DNA of 64,000 bases, taken from Pristiophorus japonicus. Its lineage: Eukaryota. The notes below the pieces were generated by a model. The model ran no database searches and was not told the origin of the DNA. It saw only the letters and a list, made by a program, of their open reading frames with translations. Both the position numbers and the translations under genes were made by a program. The stretch is from assembly GCF_044704955.1 (NCBI RefSeq), contig NC_091977.1:505610001-505674000 (forward strand), read 5' to 3'. How positions within the stretch are numbered: the first letter of the stretch is position 1; every line of letters starts with the position of its first letter. Of the stretch, positions 53,458 through 64,000 are shown piece after piece.

Positions 53458-54634
53458 TGAAGAGATTGCAAAGTCTCTGTTTAAAGAATGGACTCAGTCG
53501 AGAATATTTCATGTACTTTATGGGATTTTTCTGAGGGTATTTTTCCCTGTGATGGGATCACCCTGTGCAGAGAGACCGCATGGCAGTTGGCTGTGACAAA
53601 AGAACTGTCAGTCATCCAGAATGTACGGGTTCGCCCGCCAGTCCTAGCTAAAGGAAGGGGGCCATATGCAAAAGCATTTCTCACCTCCATCTCAGAAGTG
53701 AAGCAGAACAATGATCCCACTAGCCTGGCCAGCCAAAGAGGAGCCAGCTTTTTTTTCCTAACACAAAGACCGAGATATGTCCCAGACTCAGGGCCATTAG
53801 TTCAATACACATGGGTCTAATGGCCCATCACTGACTAAGCACCGGAGTGCTTAGAGGCAAAAGGGTTTTAATGATTGACGGCAAAGATAGGGGTAGCAAG
53901 ACTCCTATAAAGATAGACTCTTTTCCACCATTTCATTACACCCCGGCGCCACCTCCTCCCCCCACCCCCCCACTCCCAGCCGCCTTCTCCCTCTCGCTCT
54001 CGACGTAACAAGAAGTACCAGAGGAGGAAGCCGCAGCTCTGCAGAAGAAGCCGCTGAGATAGAGAACCGCATACCCCTCACAGGGTACGGCCTCCAGGCA
54101 GTGACTTCCCACAGCTGAGCTGAGCGATCGAGACCGACTGTGTGTGGTGGTGAGCATGGTCGCGAGTGTCCCAAGCCGGTAACCAGATATCCCAGGCGAG
54201 CTGGGTGAGGTGTAAGGGCTCAGAGTTTTCTCATAAGTGAAGCTTTTCGGGGCTATTCTGGGGAGGAAGCTTTGTTTGGTTTAGCCAGGCAAAGGGGCTG
54301 CGATAGGGTAATTCATTGGTCGGGGTGGAGTTAGAATCCACCATAGCAACAAGGGAATTACTGCATGTTATCGGTCCTCAGTTTTGTACTGTATGTATGT
54401 TGTTTGTAACCTGGATCTTACTCTCCACAGAGACAGTGATTTTCGTTTAGTAGTGCATGTTTTAGCCAGTGTTCGACTAAATAAATATAAGTACGATTTT
54501 TCACCGAAGCATTGCAGTCCGTGACTTATTACATTTATACTCTGAATAATAATCCCCGGGTATAGAATTTTCGTAAGGCAGGGGCGATTGGAACTGTTCA
54601 TCTAGCAATTGGGCTAGGATCAAAACTGCTTACA
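53458..54634 (+). repeat. ERV 3' LTR (1177 bp)
   Basis: TG...CA termini, preceded by the purine-rich gaaagaaaaagcatcaaattggggac. Confidence 0.95.
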
Positions 54635-54699
54635 GAGTCAGTAGCAGCACCGTGCCCGGGCACGAACGGGAGGCGCAAATGCCCCAAATTTCTCCCCCT

Positions 54700-55135
54700 T
54701 AGTACCTCAGCCATGCCTTGTGCCTCCATGCGTAGGTCTCCTTTTTGGTCCCTAATCAGCCACACTTTTCCTCTTACTACCCGTTTACTATTTATATGCC
54801 TATAGAAAACTTTTGGATTCCCTTTTACGTTAGCTACCAATCTATTCTCATACTCTCTCTTTGCCCCTCTTATTTCCTTTTTCCCTCCCCTCTGAACATT
54901 CTATATTCAGCCTGGTTCTCACTTGTATTCTCAACCTGACATCCATCCTACGCCCCCCTTTTCTGCTTTATCTCACCCTCTATTTCTTTTGTCATCCAGG
55001 GGGCTCTGCTCTGGCTTTGGATGCCCTAGCTTTTCCCTCTTGGGAATATATTTCAACTGTACCTGAATCATTTCCTCTTTAAAGGCATCCCATTATTCAA
55101 TTACAGTTTTGCCTGCCAGTCTTTGATTACAATTT
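54700..55135 (-). mobile_element. CR1 ORF2 internal fragment
   Basis: ANVKGNPKVFYRHINSKRVVRGKV..IRDQKG...MAEVL. Confidence 0.85.
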
Positions 55136-55253
55136 ATATTTATATATATTTAATTTAACCAGCGCTTAAAAAAAAAAAGTGCTCCAACATTAACTACTTT
55201 AAATAGGAACTGTTTTTATATATCCCCTACATCATGGAAAAAAATATGCAGAA

Positions 55254-55956
55254 TGTCATTGAAGGTAGGCATGCAGGTACAGCAGGCAGTAAAGAAAGCA
55301 AATGGCATGCTGGCCTTCATAGCAAGAGGTTTTGAGTATAGGAGCAGGGAGGTCTTACTGCAGTTGTACAGGGCCTTGGTGAGACCACAACTTGAGTATT
55401 GTGTGCAGTTTTGGTCTCCTAATCTGAGGAAGGACATGCTTGCTATTGAGGGAGTGCAGCGAAGGTTCACCAGACTGATTCCCGAGATGGCAGGACTGAC
55501 ATATGAGGAAAGTTTGGATCGGCTGGGCTTACACTCACTGGAATTTAGAAGAATGAGAGAGGATCTCATAGAAACCTATAAAATTCTGACGGGACTGGAC
55601 AGGTTAGATGCAGGTAGAATGTTCCTGATATTGGGGAAGTCCAGAACCAGGGGTCACAGTCTGAAGATAAGGGGTAAGCCATATAGGACAGAGATGAGGA
55701 GAAACTTTTTCACCAGAGAGTTGTGAACCTGTGGAATTCTCTGCCACAGAAAGTTGTTGAGTCCAGTTCATTGGGCATATTCAAAAGGGAGTTAGATGTA
55801 GCCCTTACGGCTAAAGGGATCAGGGGGTATGGAGAAAAGGCAGGGGTGGGGTACCGAGGTTGCATGATCAGCCATGATCATATTGAATGATGGTGAAGGC
55901 TCAAAGGGCCGAATTGCCTGCTCCTGCACCTATTTTCTATGTTTCTATATTTCTAT
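55254..55956 (+). mobile_element. CR1 LINE 3' end
   Basis: SLKVGMQVQQAVKKANGMLAFIARG...LYRALVRPQLEYCVQFWSP; same family as 37011-37912. Confidence 0.93.
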
Positions 55957-56449
55957 GTCCCTGCCTGCTTTTACACTTATACTGGCCCTATGCCCTGGTG
56001 TCAATCTGAAATTCCCCAGGCTCCACTGTCAAACAGTACAAGTCAGCACCAGGCTCCAATAATTCCCCATTTACTTTTGGTGGGCATCTTTGGTTCCAAT
56101 CGCCCGTGAAACAGGTTGGAGTGTGCACAGCACAGGCTATAAAGAATTCCAACCTAAAAAAAAGATAATCTGGGTCCTATTTACATCATAGGATTTCCAT
56201 ATTAAAAGGGGCCTAAAGACTTGAGGCAGATGGACATTTAGACTCCAGGCAGTCGGGCCCTTTCAAAATGGAGCCAGACGCTTCACCGGTGTTAATGAGG
56301 CTAAAAGGCTACTGATCCCATTTTGAGGCTGTTACCGCCCCTTTGACTCCAGGCGAAGCCAGTGTTGTCAGCACCATGGCAGATTTACCAGTAAAGCTAT
56401 AATAATACATGCATTTATATAATGCATGCCTCTGTATCCTTTCCAGTGA

Positions 56450-56815
56450 TTGCACTGGAAAGGGTGCAGAGGAGATTTACACGAATGCTGGACTGGAGAA
56501 TTTTGGCTATGAGGAAAGATTGGAGATGCTGGGTCTGTTTTCTTTAGAACAGAGGAGACTGAGGGGAGACCTGATTGAGGTGTATAAAATTATGAGGGGC
56601 CTGGATAGAGTGGATAGGAAGGACCTGTTTCCCTTGGCAGAGGGGTCAACAACCAGGGGGCATAGAAATACTTGAACTTGAAGTGCTGTAACCTACAGGG
56701 CTAGGGACCTAGTGCTGGAAGGTGGGATTAGGCTGGATAGCTCTTGGTCAGCCGGCATGGACACGATGGGCTGAAATGGCCTCCTTCCATGCTGTAAATT
56801 TCTGAGATTCTATGA
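56450..56815 (+). mobile_element. CR1 LINE 3' fragment
   Basis: YEERLEMLGLFSLEQRRLRGDLIEVYKIMRGLDRVD...TRGH. Confidence 0.85.
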
Positions 56816-57079
56816 CAATGCCTTATATTATTGAAACGTCTCAATTTATTTAATGCAGTGAATTGCCTTTGAAGTGCGGTAGCTGTTGGTGTGTAGGCAA
56901 ATACAATAATTCAGCCCAGTAAATTATGTGTGGCTCTGCAAATATGAAGTCATTGCCTTTCAATAAAATTGTGATCAGCCCGAGATGCCAGTTGTTTTAT
57001 TTTCAAATATGAGCCGAAGTTTGCATTGCAATGACTGAAGCTCCAATGATGAAAGGTAATGAGCACACCACCATCTTAC

Positions 57080-57214
57080 CTGTTGAAAAGATGCTTTTTG
57101 AAACAGTAACTTTATCTTCGGAATTCCTTGCCCAGTCAACCATTCCTCTCCAGCCTTTCATTGGGAAGTTGATGTCTGTGGCCCCATTGGCTGGGCGTTT
57201 ATAAATACATATCA
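57080..57214 (-). CDS. ADGRB1: ADGRB1 (BAI1) internal exon, GAIN domain, 135 bp
   Basis: Acceptor tttttttcag, donor ACAG|gtaaga. Translates (V)[44 protein letters not shown], matching BAI-family GAIN sequence (recalled human BAI1 ATDISFPMKGWR...EDRVTVSKSVFSTG). Phase 1 at both ends. Confidence 0.93.
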
Positions 57215-58121
57215 CTGAAAAAAATCAAAAAATAAGGTTTTCAGTAGATGGAACCTCATACGTTGGTGAAACATTGACGATATGTTGTTAGGGATGCTGG
57301 TAAATTCTGACCATTTACTAACTCACCAGTAAATTGAGTCAGTCCAACATCATCTCACATTCTTTACAGGAGACAAGAAATAAAATATCAACACACCTCT
57401 GAACTTCGCTCTCCTGTTCCTCCAAACCTCCATTATGTCATCCAACATAATCTTTCTCCTTTCTGAATTTTCACTGTGATGAGATCATGAGTCAAACTAT
57501 CTTCGGTGCAAACTCTTTTTTTTGCCAAAACTGTGGAACGCCTCACCTCCCTCAGTCTATCCTTCTTCTGACAATCTACAGGCTTTTGGAACATAAGTCT
57601 GGCATCACCAAATCATCGCTTCTTGGATTTGCCCAATTTTCTTTAGTGTTATCCTGCATTATGGACCTTGGCCTTTCAGTTAGATTTCTCAATTTAAACA
57701 ATGTGACACTGTGAAGCTTGTGCTGGCTTCCAGCAATTAAGGAGATTAAAAGATTCTTAGTTCGGGACTGTTCATTAGTGCCAGTGCCACAGCTAGGATT
57801 AATGGAGTAGGGAAGGGAGAAGAACATTGTTCAGGACAGATAGATGGATGAATGGTACTTTGTAAAGTTTTTGTATGAATTGTTGATGGACAGTCTTTTC
57901 TTTTGCAATTATTTTTTCGATTCCCACCCATTTTCTTTCCTCATTGACCAACTTTTTATCTGCTTTCTCAACCTGCCCTGCCACCTTCAATGAGATCAAT
58001 CATGGGAGAAAGACTTGTTGATTAATGCTTCTCCTGGCCCCACAAAATCTCTGAATAATACCTACTTTCCTATTTTTGGAGCCACTTCTAGCTATCTTTT
58101 TAAGGACCGCAGGTTAGTTAG

Positions 58122-58470
58122 TGTCAGTTGTGGCTCAGTGGGGGCACACTTGCCTCGGAGTCAGAAGGTTGTGGGTTCAGATCCCATTCCAGGGACTTGA
58201 GCGCACAAATCTAGGCTGACACTCCAGTGCAGTACTGAGTGCCCCGTCTGCTCCCTCAGATCCCATGGCACTATTTCGAAGATGAGCAGGGGAGGTGTCC
58301 CCAGTGTCCTGGCCATCATTTATCCTTCAACCAATATAACAAAAACATAATCTGTTCATTATCACATTGCTGTTTGTGGGAGATTGCTGTGCGCAAATTG
58401 GCTTCATCGTTTCCCACATTACAACGGTTACTACACTCCAAAAGTACTTCATTGGCTGTAAAGCGCTTTG
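58122..58470 (+). mobile_element. DeuSINE, cut at its 3' end by the Gypsy insertion
   Basis: tRNA-like head and Deu core; ends cattggctgtaaagcgctttg immediately before the LTR. Confidence 0.8.
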
Positions 58471-61400
58471 TGTTATGTATGTAAACATTGTAACTATGTA
58501 AGACTTGCCACCAGAGGGCGCAACTGTTGGAGGCCCAAGGGTCACCTGCACACCTTGTGCAAGGGAGTATAAAAGGTTGTCTGCCATGCTGCTTAGGCAC
58601 TCTGCAGTTGTATTAAAGAGACTAAGGTCACATCCATTTTAACTCACAGTACTCAGTCTTGTGGAGTTCTTCCATACTTAACAATTGGCGATGAGTAACA
58701 GATTACTAACTTTCACGCGGTCATGGCTGCCATTGGTATTTTAGAGAGATTTGTAGAGGGTAATGTTTGGGAAGTCTTCGTTGAGCGTCTTGACTAGTAC
58801 TTCATGGCCAACGAGCTGGATGGGGATGATAAAGCGATCAAGCGCAGGGTGATTCTCCTCACCGTGTGTGGGTCCACAATATACGGCCACATCAAGAATC
58901 TGCTACCACCGGAGAAACAAGCGGAGACGATATATACAGAGTTGTGTATGCTGGTTTGGAACCATCTCAATCTGAAGGAGAGCGTCTTAATGGCCAGGTA
59001 TCGCTTCTATGTGCAACACCGCTCCGAGGGTCAGGACGTGGTGAGTTATGTCGCCGACCTGAGACGCCGTGCGGGAACGTGCGAATTTGCTGGATTTTTG
59101 GAGGAAATGCTGCGGGACTTTTTTGTGCTTGGCATTGGCCACGAGGTCATTCTTTGCAAGCTGCTGTCCGTCGAATCGCTAGACCTGAGCAAGGCCATCA
59201 CAATAGCCCAAGCATTCATATCCACGAGCGATAATCCCAGACAGGTATCTTCCCAGCATCGAAGCTCACCGGCAAGTACTGTGCATAAAATAACGTCACT
59301 AGCAGGCAGAACTGCATATGACAGGGCCTACACGTCTGCAGCTGCAAGACCTAGGATGACTCAGAGTCCGCCATCGGGTGTGAATGCAAATCCATTAGCA
59401 CCATGTTGGCACTGCGGGGGTAATCATAGAGCCCAAGAATGTTGATTCAAGCACTACATGTGCAAAGGCTGCGAGACAATGGGGCACCTCTAGCGAATGT
59501 GCAGGAGTGCTGCAACTCACCATGTGGCAGTCGGCAGAGAATGATCGATCTGGCGCAAATCACGCAGAACATACAAAAGAAGCAACTCAACCCAAGGAAG
59601 AAGTATATGGAGTACACATCTTCACCACCAAGAGCCTTCCTATCATGCTGAAAGTCAAATTGAATGGTATTCCGGTATCAATGGAGTTGGACATAGAGGC
59701 GAGTCAGTCAATTATGAGCCAGAAGGCTTTTGAGAAACTGCGGGACAACAATGCACAAAGGCCCAAACTGAGCCCAATTCAGACAAAGCTATGCACCTAT
59801 ACCAAAGAGCTCATACCAGTCATTGGCAGCGTATCGTATCATTAAGGTATCGTACGATGGAGCTGTGCATGATTTATCACTGTGGATTGTACCAGGTGAT
59901 GGCCCAACGCTATTCGGCAGAAGCTGGCTGGGAAAGATTCGATGGAACTGGGACGACATCAAAGCACTATCTTCAGTGGATGATGCCTCGTGCACCCAAG
60001 TGGTGAGCAAGTTTCCGGCGGTATTTGAACCAGGCATCAGTAACTTCACAGGTGCCAAGGTGCAGATCCATCTCGTCCCCGATGCAAGGCCCATTCATCA
60101 CAAGGCTCGAGCGGTTCCAAATATGATGAAGGAGAAAGTGGAGATCGAACTGGACAGACTTCAACGAGAGGGAATCATATCGCCAGTCGAGTTCAATGAG
60201 TGGGCCAGTCTGATTGTTCCGGTGTTGAAAAGCGATGGCACGGTCAGAATCTGCGGAGACTACAAGGTAACGATCAACCAAGTCTCGTTACAAGACCAGT
60301 ACCCGCTACCCAAGGTGGATGACCTGTTCGCAATGTTAGCGGGGGCAGAAAGTCGTTCACCAATTTGGACCTAACCTCCGCCTACATGACACAGTAGCTG
60401 GCTGAATCTTCGAAAAGATTGACGTGCATCAACACACACAAAGGACTGTTTATATACCACAGATGCTCTTTTGGGCTTCACTCGGCTGTTGCCATCTTCC
60501 AGATGAACATAGAGAGTCTGCTGAAATCAGTTCCGTGCACCATTGTGTTTCAAAACGACATCCTGATCACCGGTCGTGATACCACCAAACAGCTGCACAA
60601 TCTGGAAGAGGTTCTAAGTCGACTAGACAGAGTGGGACTCAGGCTGAAATGCTCCAAGTGTGTTTTCCTGGCGCCAGAGGTTGAATTTTGGGGGAGAAAG
60701 CTTGCGGCAAATGGCATCAGACCCATGGATTCAAAGACAGAGACCATCAAGAATGCACCCAGACCACAGAATGTGATGGAGCTGTGTTCGTTCCTGGGAC
60801 TCCTCAACTATTTTGATAACTTTCTACCCGGGTTAAGCACTTTGCTGGAACCATTGCACATGTTGCTGCATAAGGGTGACAACCGGGTTTGGGGTAAATC
60901 TCAAGAGACAGCCTTTGAGAAGGTCAGGAACCTACTTTGTTCTAATAAGTTACTTGTACCGTATGACCCGTGTAAACGATTAGTGCTAGTTTGTGATGCA
61001 TCTTCGTACAGGGTCGGCTGTGTGTTACAGCAAACCAATGTATCGGGCAGACTTCAACCGGTTGCATATGTGTCTAGAAGTCTGTCTAAGGCTGAAAGAG
61101 CCTACAGTATGATCGAGAAAGAGGCGTTAGCATGCGTATATGAGGTTAAGAAAATGCACCAATACCTATTTGGACTTGGGTTTGAGCTTGAAACCGACCA
61201 CAAAACGCTCATTTCGCTGTTTTCAAAAAGCAAAGGTATAAACACCAATGCTTCGTCCCGCATCCAAAGATGGGCACTAACATTGTCCGCTCATGACTAT
61301 GTTATCTGCCAAAGACCAGGCACGAAGAACTGTGCTGATGCCCTCAGTCGGCTACCATTGTCCACTACCGGGATGGAAATGGCGCAACCCGCAGACTTGC

Positions 61401-61609
61401 TTCTGGTCATGGATGCTTTTGAGAGCGAGGGGTCCCCCGTCACTGCTCGCCAGATCAGGACCTGGCCCAGCCAGGATCCTGTGCTATCACTTGTAAAAAG
61501 TTGCGTCCTCAATGGGAGCTGGTTAGCCGTTCCAAGGGAAATGCAAGATGAAATTAAGCTGTTTTACCGACACAAAGATGAAATGTCTATCCAGTCGGAT
61601 TGTCTCTTA

Positions 61610-62285
61610 GAAACATACAAATTTACAGCGCAGAAGGAGGCCATTTCGGCCCATCGTGTCCACGCCAGCCGACAAAAAGTCGCATGGACCTCGGTCAGCA
61701 GCCCTGAAGGTTACATATAAACCGATGAACAATGAACAATGACGGAAAGGTAAAGAGCACCCAACCCAACCAGTCCACCTCACACAACTGCGATACCCCT
61801 GACACTGAAACATTCTACACACCATCCCAACCAGAGCCATGTGATCTTCTGGGAGAGGCAAAAACCAGATAAAAACCCAGGCCAATTTAGGGGGAAAAGA
61901 TCTGGGAAAATTCTTCTTCGACCCATCCAGGTGATCGAAACTAGTCGAGGAGATCACCCTGACCGTATTCGATTCCCTGCAGTACTTACAATTATATCTG
62001 TGCCGGCCAACAAGAGGTTATCCAGTCTAACCCCAATTACCAGCTTTAGGTCCGTAACCCTGCAGGTTTCAGCACTCTAAGTGCCCATCCAACCATCTCT
62101 TAAAAGTGGTGAGGGTTTCTGCATCCACCAATCTTCCAGGCAGCGAGTTCCAGATCCCCAGAACCTTCTGCATGAAGAAGCCCCACCCTCAAATCCTCTC
62201 TGAACCTTCCCGATGACCATCCCAAAACTTGCTCCTCGCGGCCCTGACCCTGTATTCTCTTGTCCCACTGCCTTGGAGATACACC
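61610..62285 (-). mobile_element. CR1-type 3' end with long 3' UTR, inserted in Gypsy pol
   Basis: Minus-strand FFMQKVLGIWNSLPGRLVDAETLTTFKRWLD and the terminal gggccgaaatggcctccttctgcgctgtaaatttg. Confidence 0.75.
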
Positions 62286-63126
62286 AGCGACTGCCGGAAA
62301 TGGCAGTTTCCTGCCTTCCAACTGGTCCTCTCCACCCCCACCCTCCCCCTGTACGGAAATAGGGGAGGATTGGAGACAGCAAAACACCTTGCCGGGGGGG
62401 GTGGGGGGGGCAGCTTTGCGGACCATCAGTAAGGCTAGGGACGACGACTGTTGAGGGCAAACCTTAATGGGAAGTTGCTTGAACGTTGAATGCTGGCAGT
62501 CCCAGTGGAGATTCATGTCGCAAAACCTATATTTATAGAGAGTTATCCCCAGTGTCCTGGGACACTCAGTCCTGTTAGACACACACACACACACACACAG
62601 TCAGGGCTGGGACATTTATTATTAAAAAATTCAGTTTTCGTATTGCGAGGCTGCAACAAACTAATAAATCCACTCCCGCATCAGATCACCTTATTATATA
62701 TCCTCAACCATTAAAACAAATGTTTAAATTAATATGTCTACGTGCTCATCTTTCTTCCCTATTCCCTCCACTTCCCCCTTCTCTACTTCAATCCTATTTT
62801 AAAATCTAATCCCGTAACTAACGCACCCTTATTCTAAAGGTTCTATTTAACGCAATTTCCTTGACCCGAACTTTCTTTTGTTTCTTGGGTTCAAATCTCC
62901 AATTTGGAGGTGAGACGCACATCTTTGAAGCTCGCCTCCGATCGATTGAGCCGAGCTCTAAAGATTGACGGTCTCGCCGGTGACAACATGTCAAGGTGCG
63001 GAAGGCCGGTGGATGCCAATAACTGGGCCCAGGGGGATAACCAACACCTCACACCACAGGCTCACACGCTCTGGTCTTCCCTTAAAAAACAAAGAGAGTG
63101 CTTCAATCTCAGTATTGGCCGTCTTA

Positions 63127-63490
63127 GGGAGGGAGGGAGGGGAAATGGGAGGAGGAAGGGAGGAGAAATGGGGGGTAGGAAGGGAGGGGAAATGGGGGGA
63201 GGGAAGGAGGGCAAATGGGGGGGAGGAAGGGAGGGGAAATGGAGGGGGGAGGGGAAATGGAGGGGGAGGGGAAATGAGGGAGGGAGGGAGGGAAGGGAAA
63301 TTGGGGAAGGGAGGGAGGGGAAATGGGGGGAGAAAGGGAGGGGAATTGGAGGGAGGGAGGGAGGGGAAATGGGAGGAGGAAGGGAGGAGAACTGGGGGGC
63401 AAGAAGGGAGGGAGAGGAAATGGGGGGAGGGAGGGAGGGGAAATGGGGGAAGGGAAGGAGGGGAAATGGGGGAAGGGAGGGGAAATGGGG
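63127..63490 (+). repeat. Polypurine G-rich minisatellite (GGGAGGGAGGGGAAAT-like units)
   Basis: ~360 bp almost entirely G/A with dense G3+ runs. Confidence 0.95.
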
Positions 63491-64000
63491 TAATCGTGTG
63501 GTTTTGCCAAAAAAAGGCAGGGAAACATTTGTACGTGACCTACACAATACCCACCCAGGCATAGTCATGATGAAGGCTATAGCTAGGTCGCATGTTTGGT
63601 GGCCCGGCATTGACTCGTACTTAGAGTCATGCGTACACCAGTGCAACACATGCTCACAATTGAGCAATGCACCAAGGGAGGCTCCATTGAGTCTGTGGTC
63701 ATGGCCCTTCAAACCATGGTCCAGGATCCACGTAGATTTTGCTGGCCCCTTTCTTGGAAAGATGTTTTTAGTTGTAGTGGACGCTTACTCTAAATAGATT
63801 GAATGCATAATCATGTCATCCAGCACATCCAATGCCACCATTGAAAGCCCGGACCCATGGCTTGCCCGACGTCCTTGTCAGTGACAATGTACCGTGTTTC
63901 ACCAGCTCGAAATTCAACGAGTTTATGACCCGCAATGACATCAAGCATTTCAGGTCTGCCCAATTTAAGCCTGCATCCAACGGTCAAGCGGAACAGACAG

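Larger units (their letters stand above)
46055..54634 (+). mobile_element. Endogenous retrovirus, lokiretrovirus-like/spuma-related, internally deleted
   Basis: Two ~1.18-kb LTRs, 4-bp TSD TAGT/GAGT, PBS, PPT, and gag-pol-env remnants in retroviral order. Confidence 0.92.
58471..64000 (+). mobile_element. Ty3/Gypsy (Mag-like) LTR retrotransposon, close relative of 31032-35507; runs off the window
   Basis: 5' LTR 58471-58683, PBS tggcgatgag, decayed gag-pol from 58723. Interrupted at 61610-63485; pol resumes at WGNRVVLPKKGRETF. Confidence 0.95.

Noticed and set aside
46055-54634. Calling the ERV a true foamy virus
   Set aside because: Long LTRs and a 4-bp TSD fit, but the PBS is Arg rather than Lys1,2, there is no long Env leader peptide and no sizeable tas/bet ORF. 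Kept only as an alternative pending phylogeny.
62904-63797. 297-aa ORF joining a Gly-rich region to integrase
   Set aside because: Artefact of a stop-free polypurine repeat abutting the resumed Gypsy pol.

Overview
Repeat-rich vertebrate genomic DNA, most likely from a cartilaginous fish (inferred from shark-type DeuSINE, CR1 and Penelope repeats). The whole window lies inside one large minus-strand host gene, an adhesion GPCR B1 (ADGRB1/BAI1) orthologue. Four consecutive GAIN-domain exons were found by hand (57080-57214, 27961-28036, 18161-18263, 16655-16698), with GT-AG boundaries and matching phases. The introns hold three degraded Mag-type Ty3/Gypsy LTR retrotransposons, a deleted LTR element, a solo LTR, a fragmented autonomous PIF/Harbinger transposon carrying three nested insertions, many MITEs, LINE fragments and SINEs. 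The most notable element is an 8.6-kb endogenous retrovirus (46055-54634). It has ~1.18-kb LTRs, a tRNA-Arg PBS, a tether plus a second RNase H, an integrase, and a decayed env with an F-protein/foamy-TM-like fusion subunit and an apparent N-terminal Ig-like domain. It is best read as a lokiretrovirus-like (or basal spuma-like) provirus. All comparisons were made by eye and from memory; no searches were run, and many repeat boundaries are approximate.
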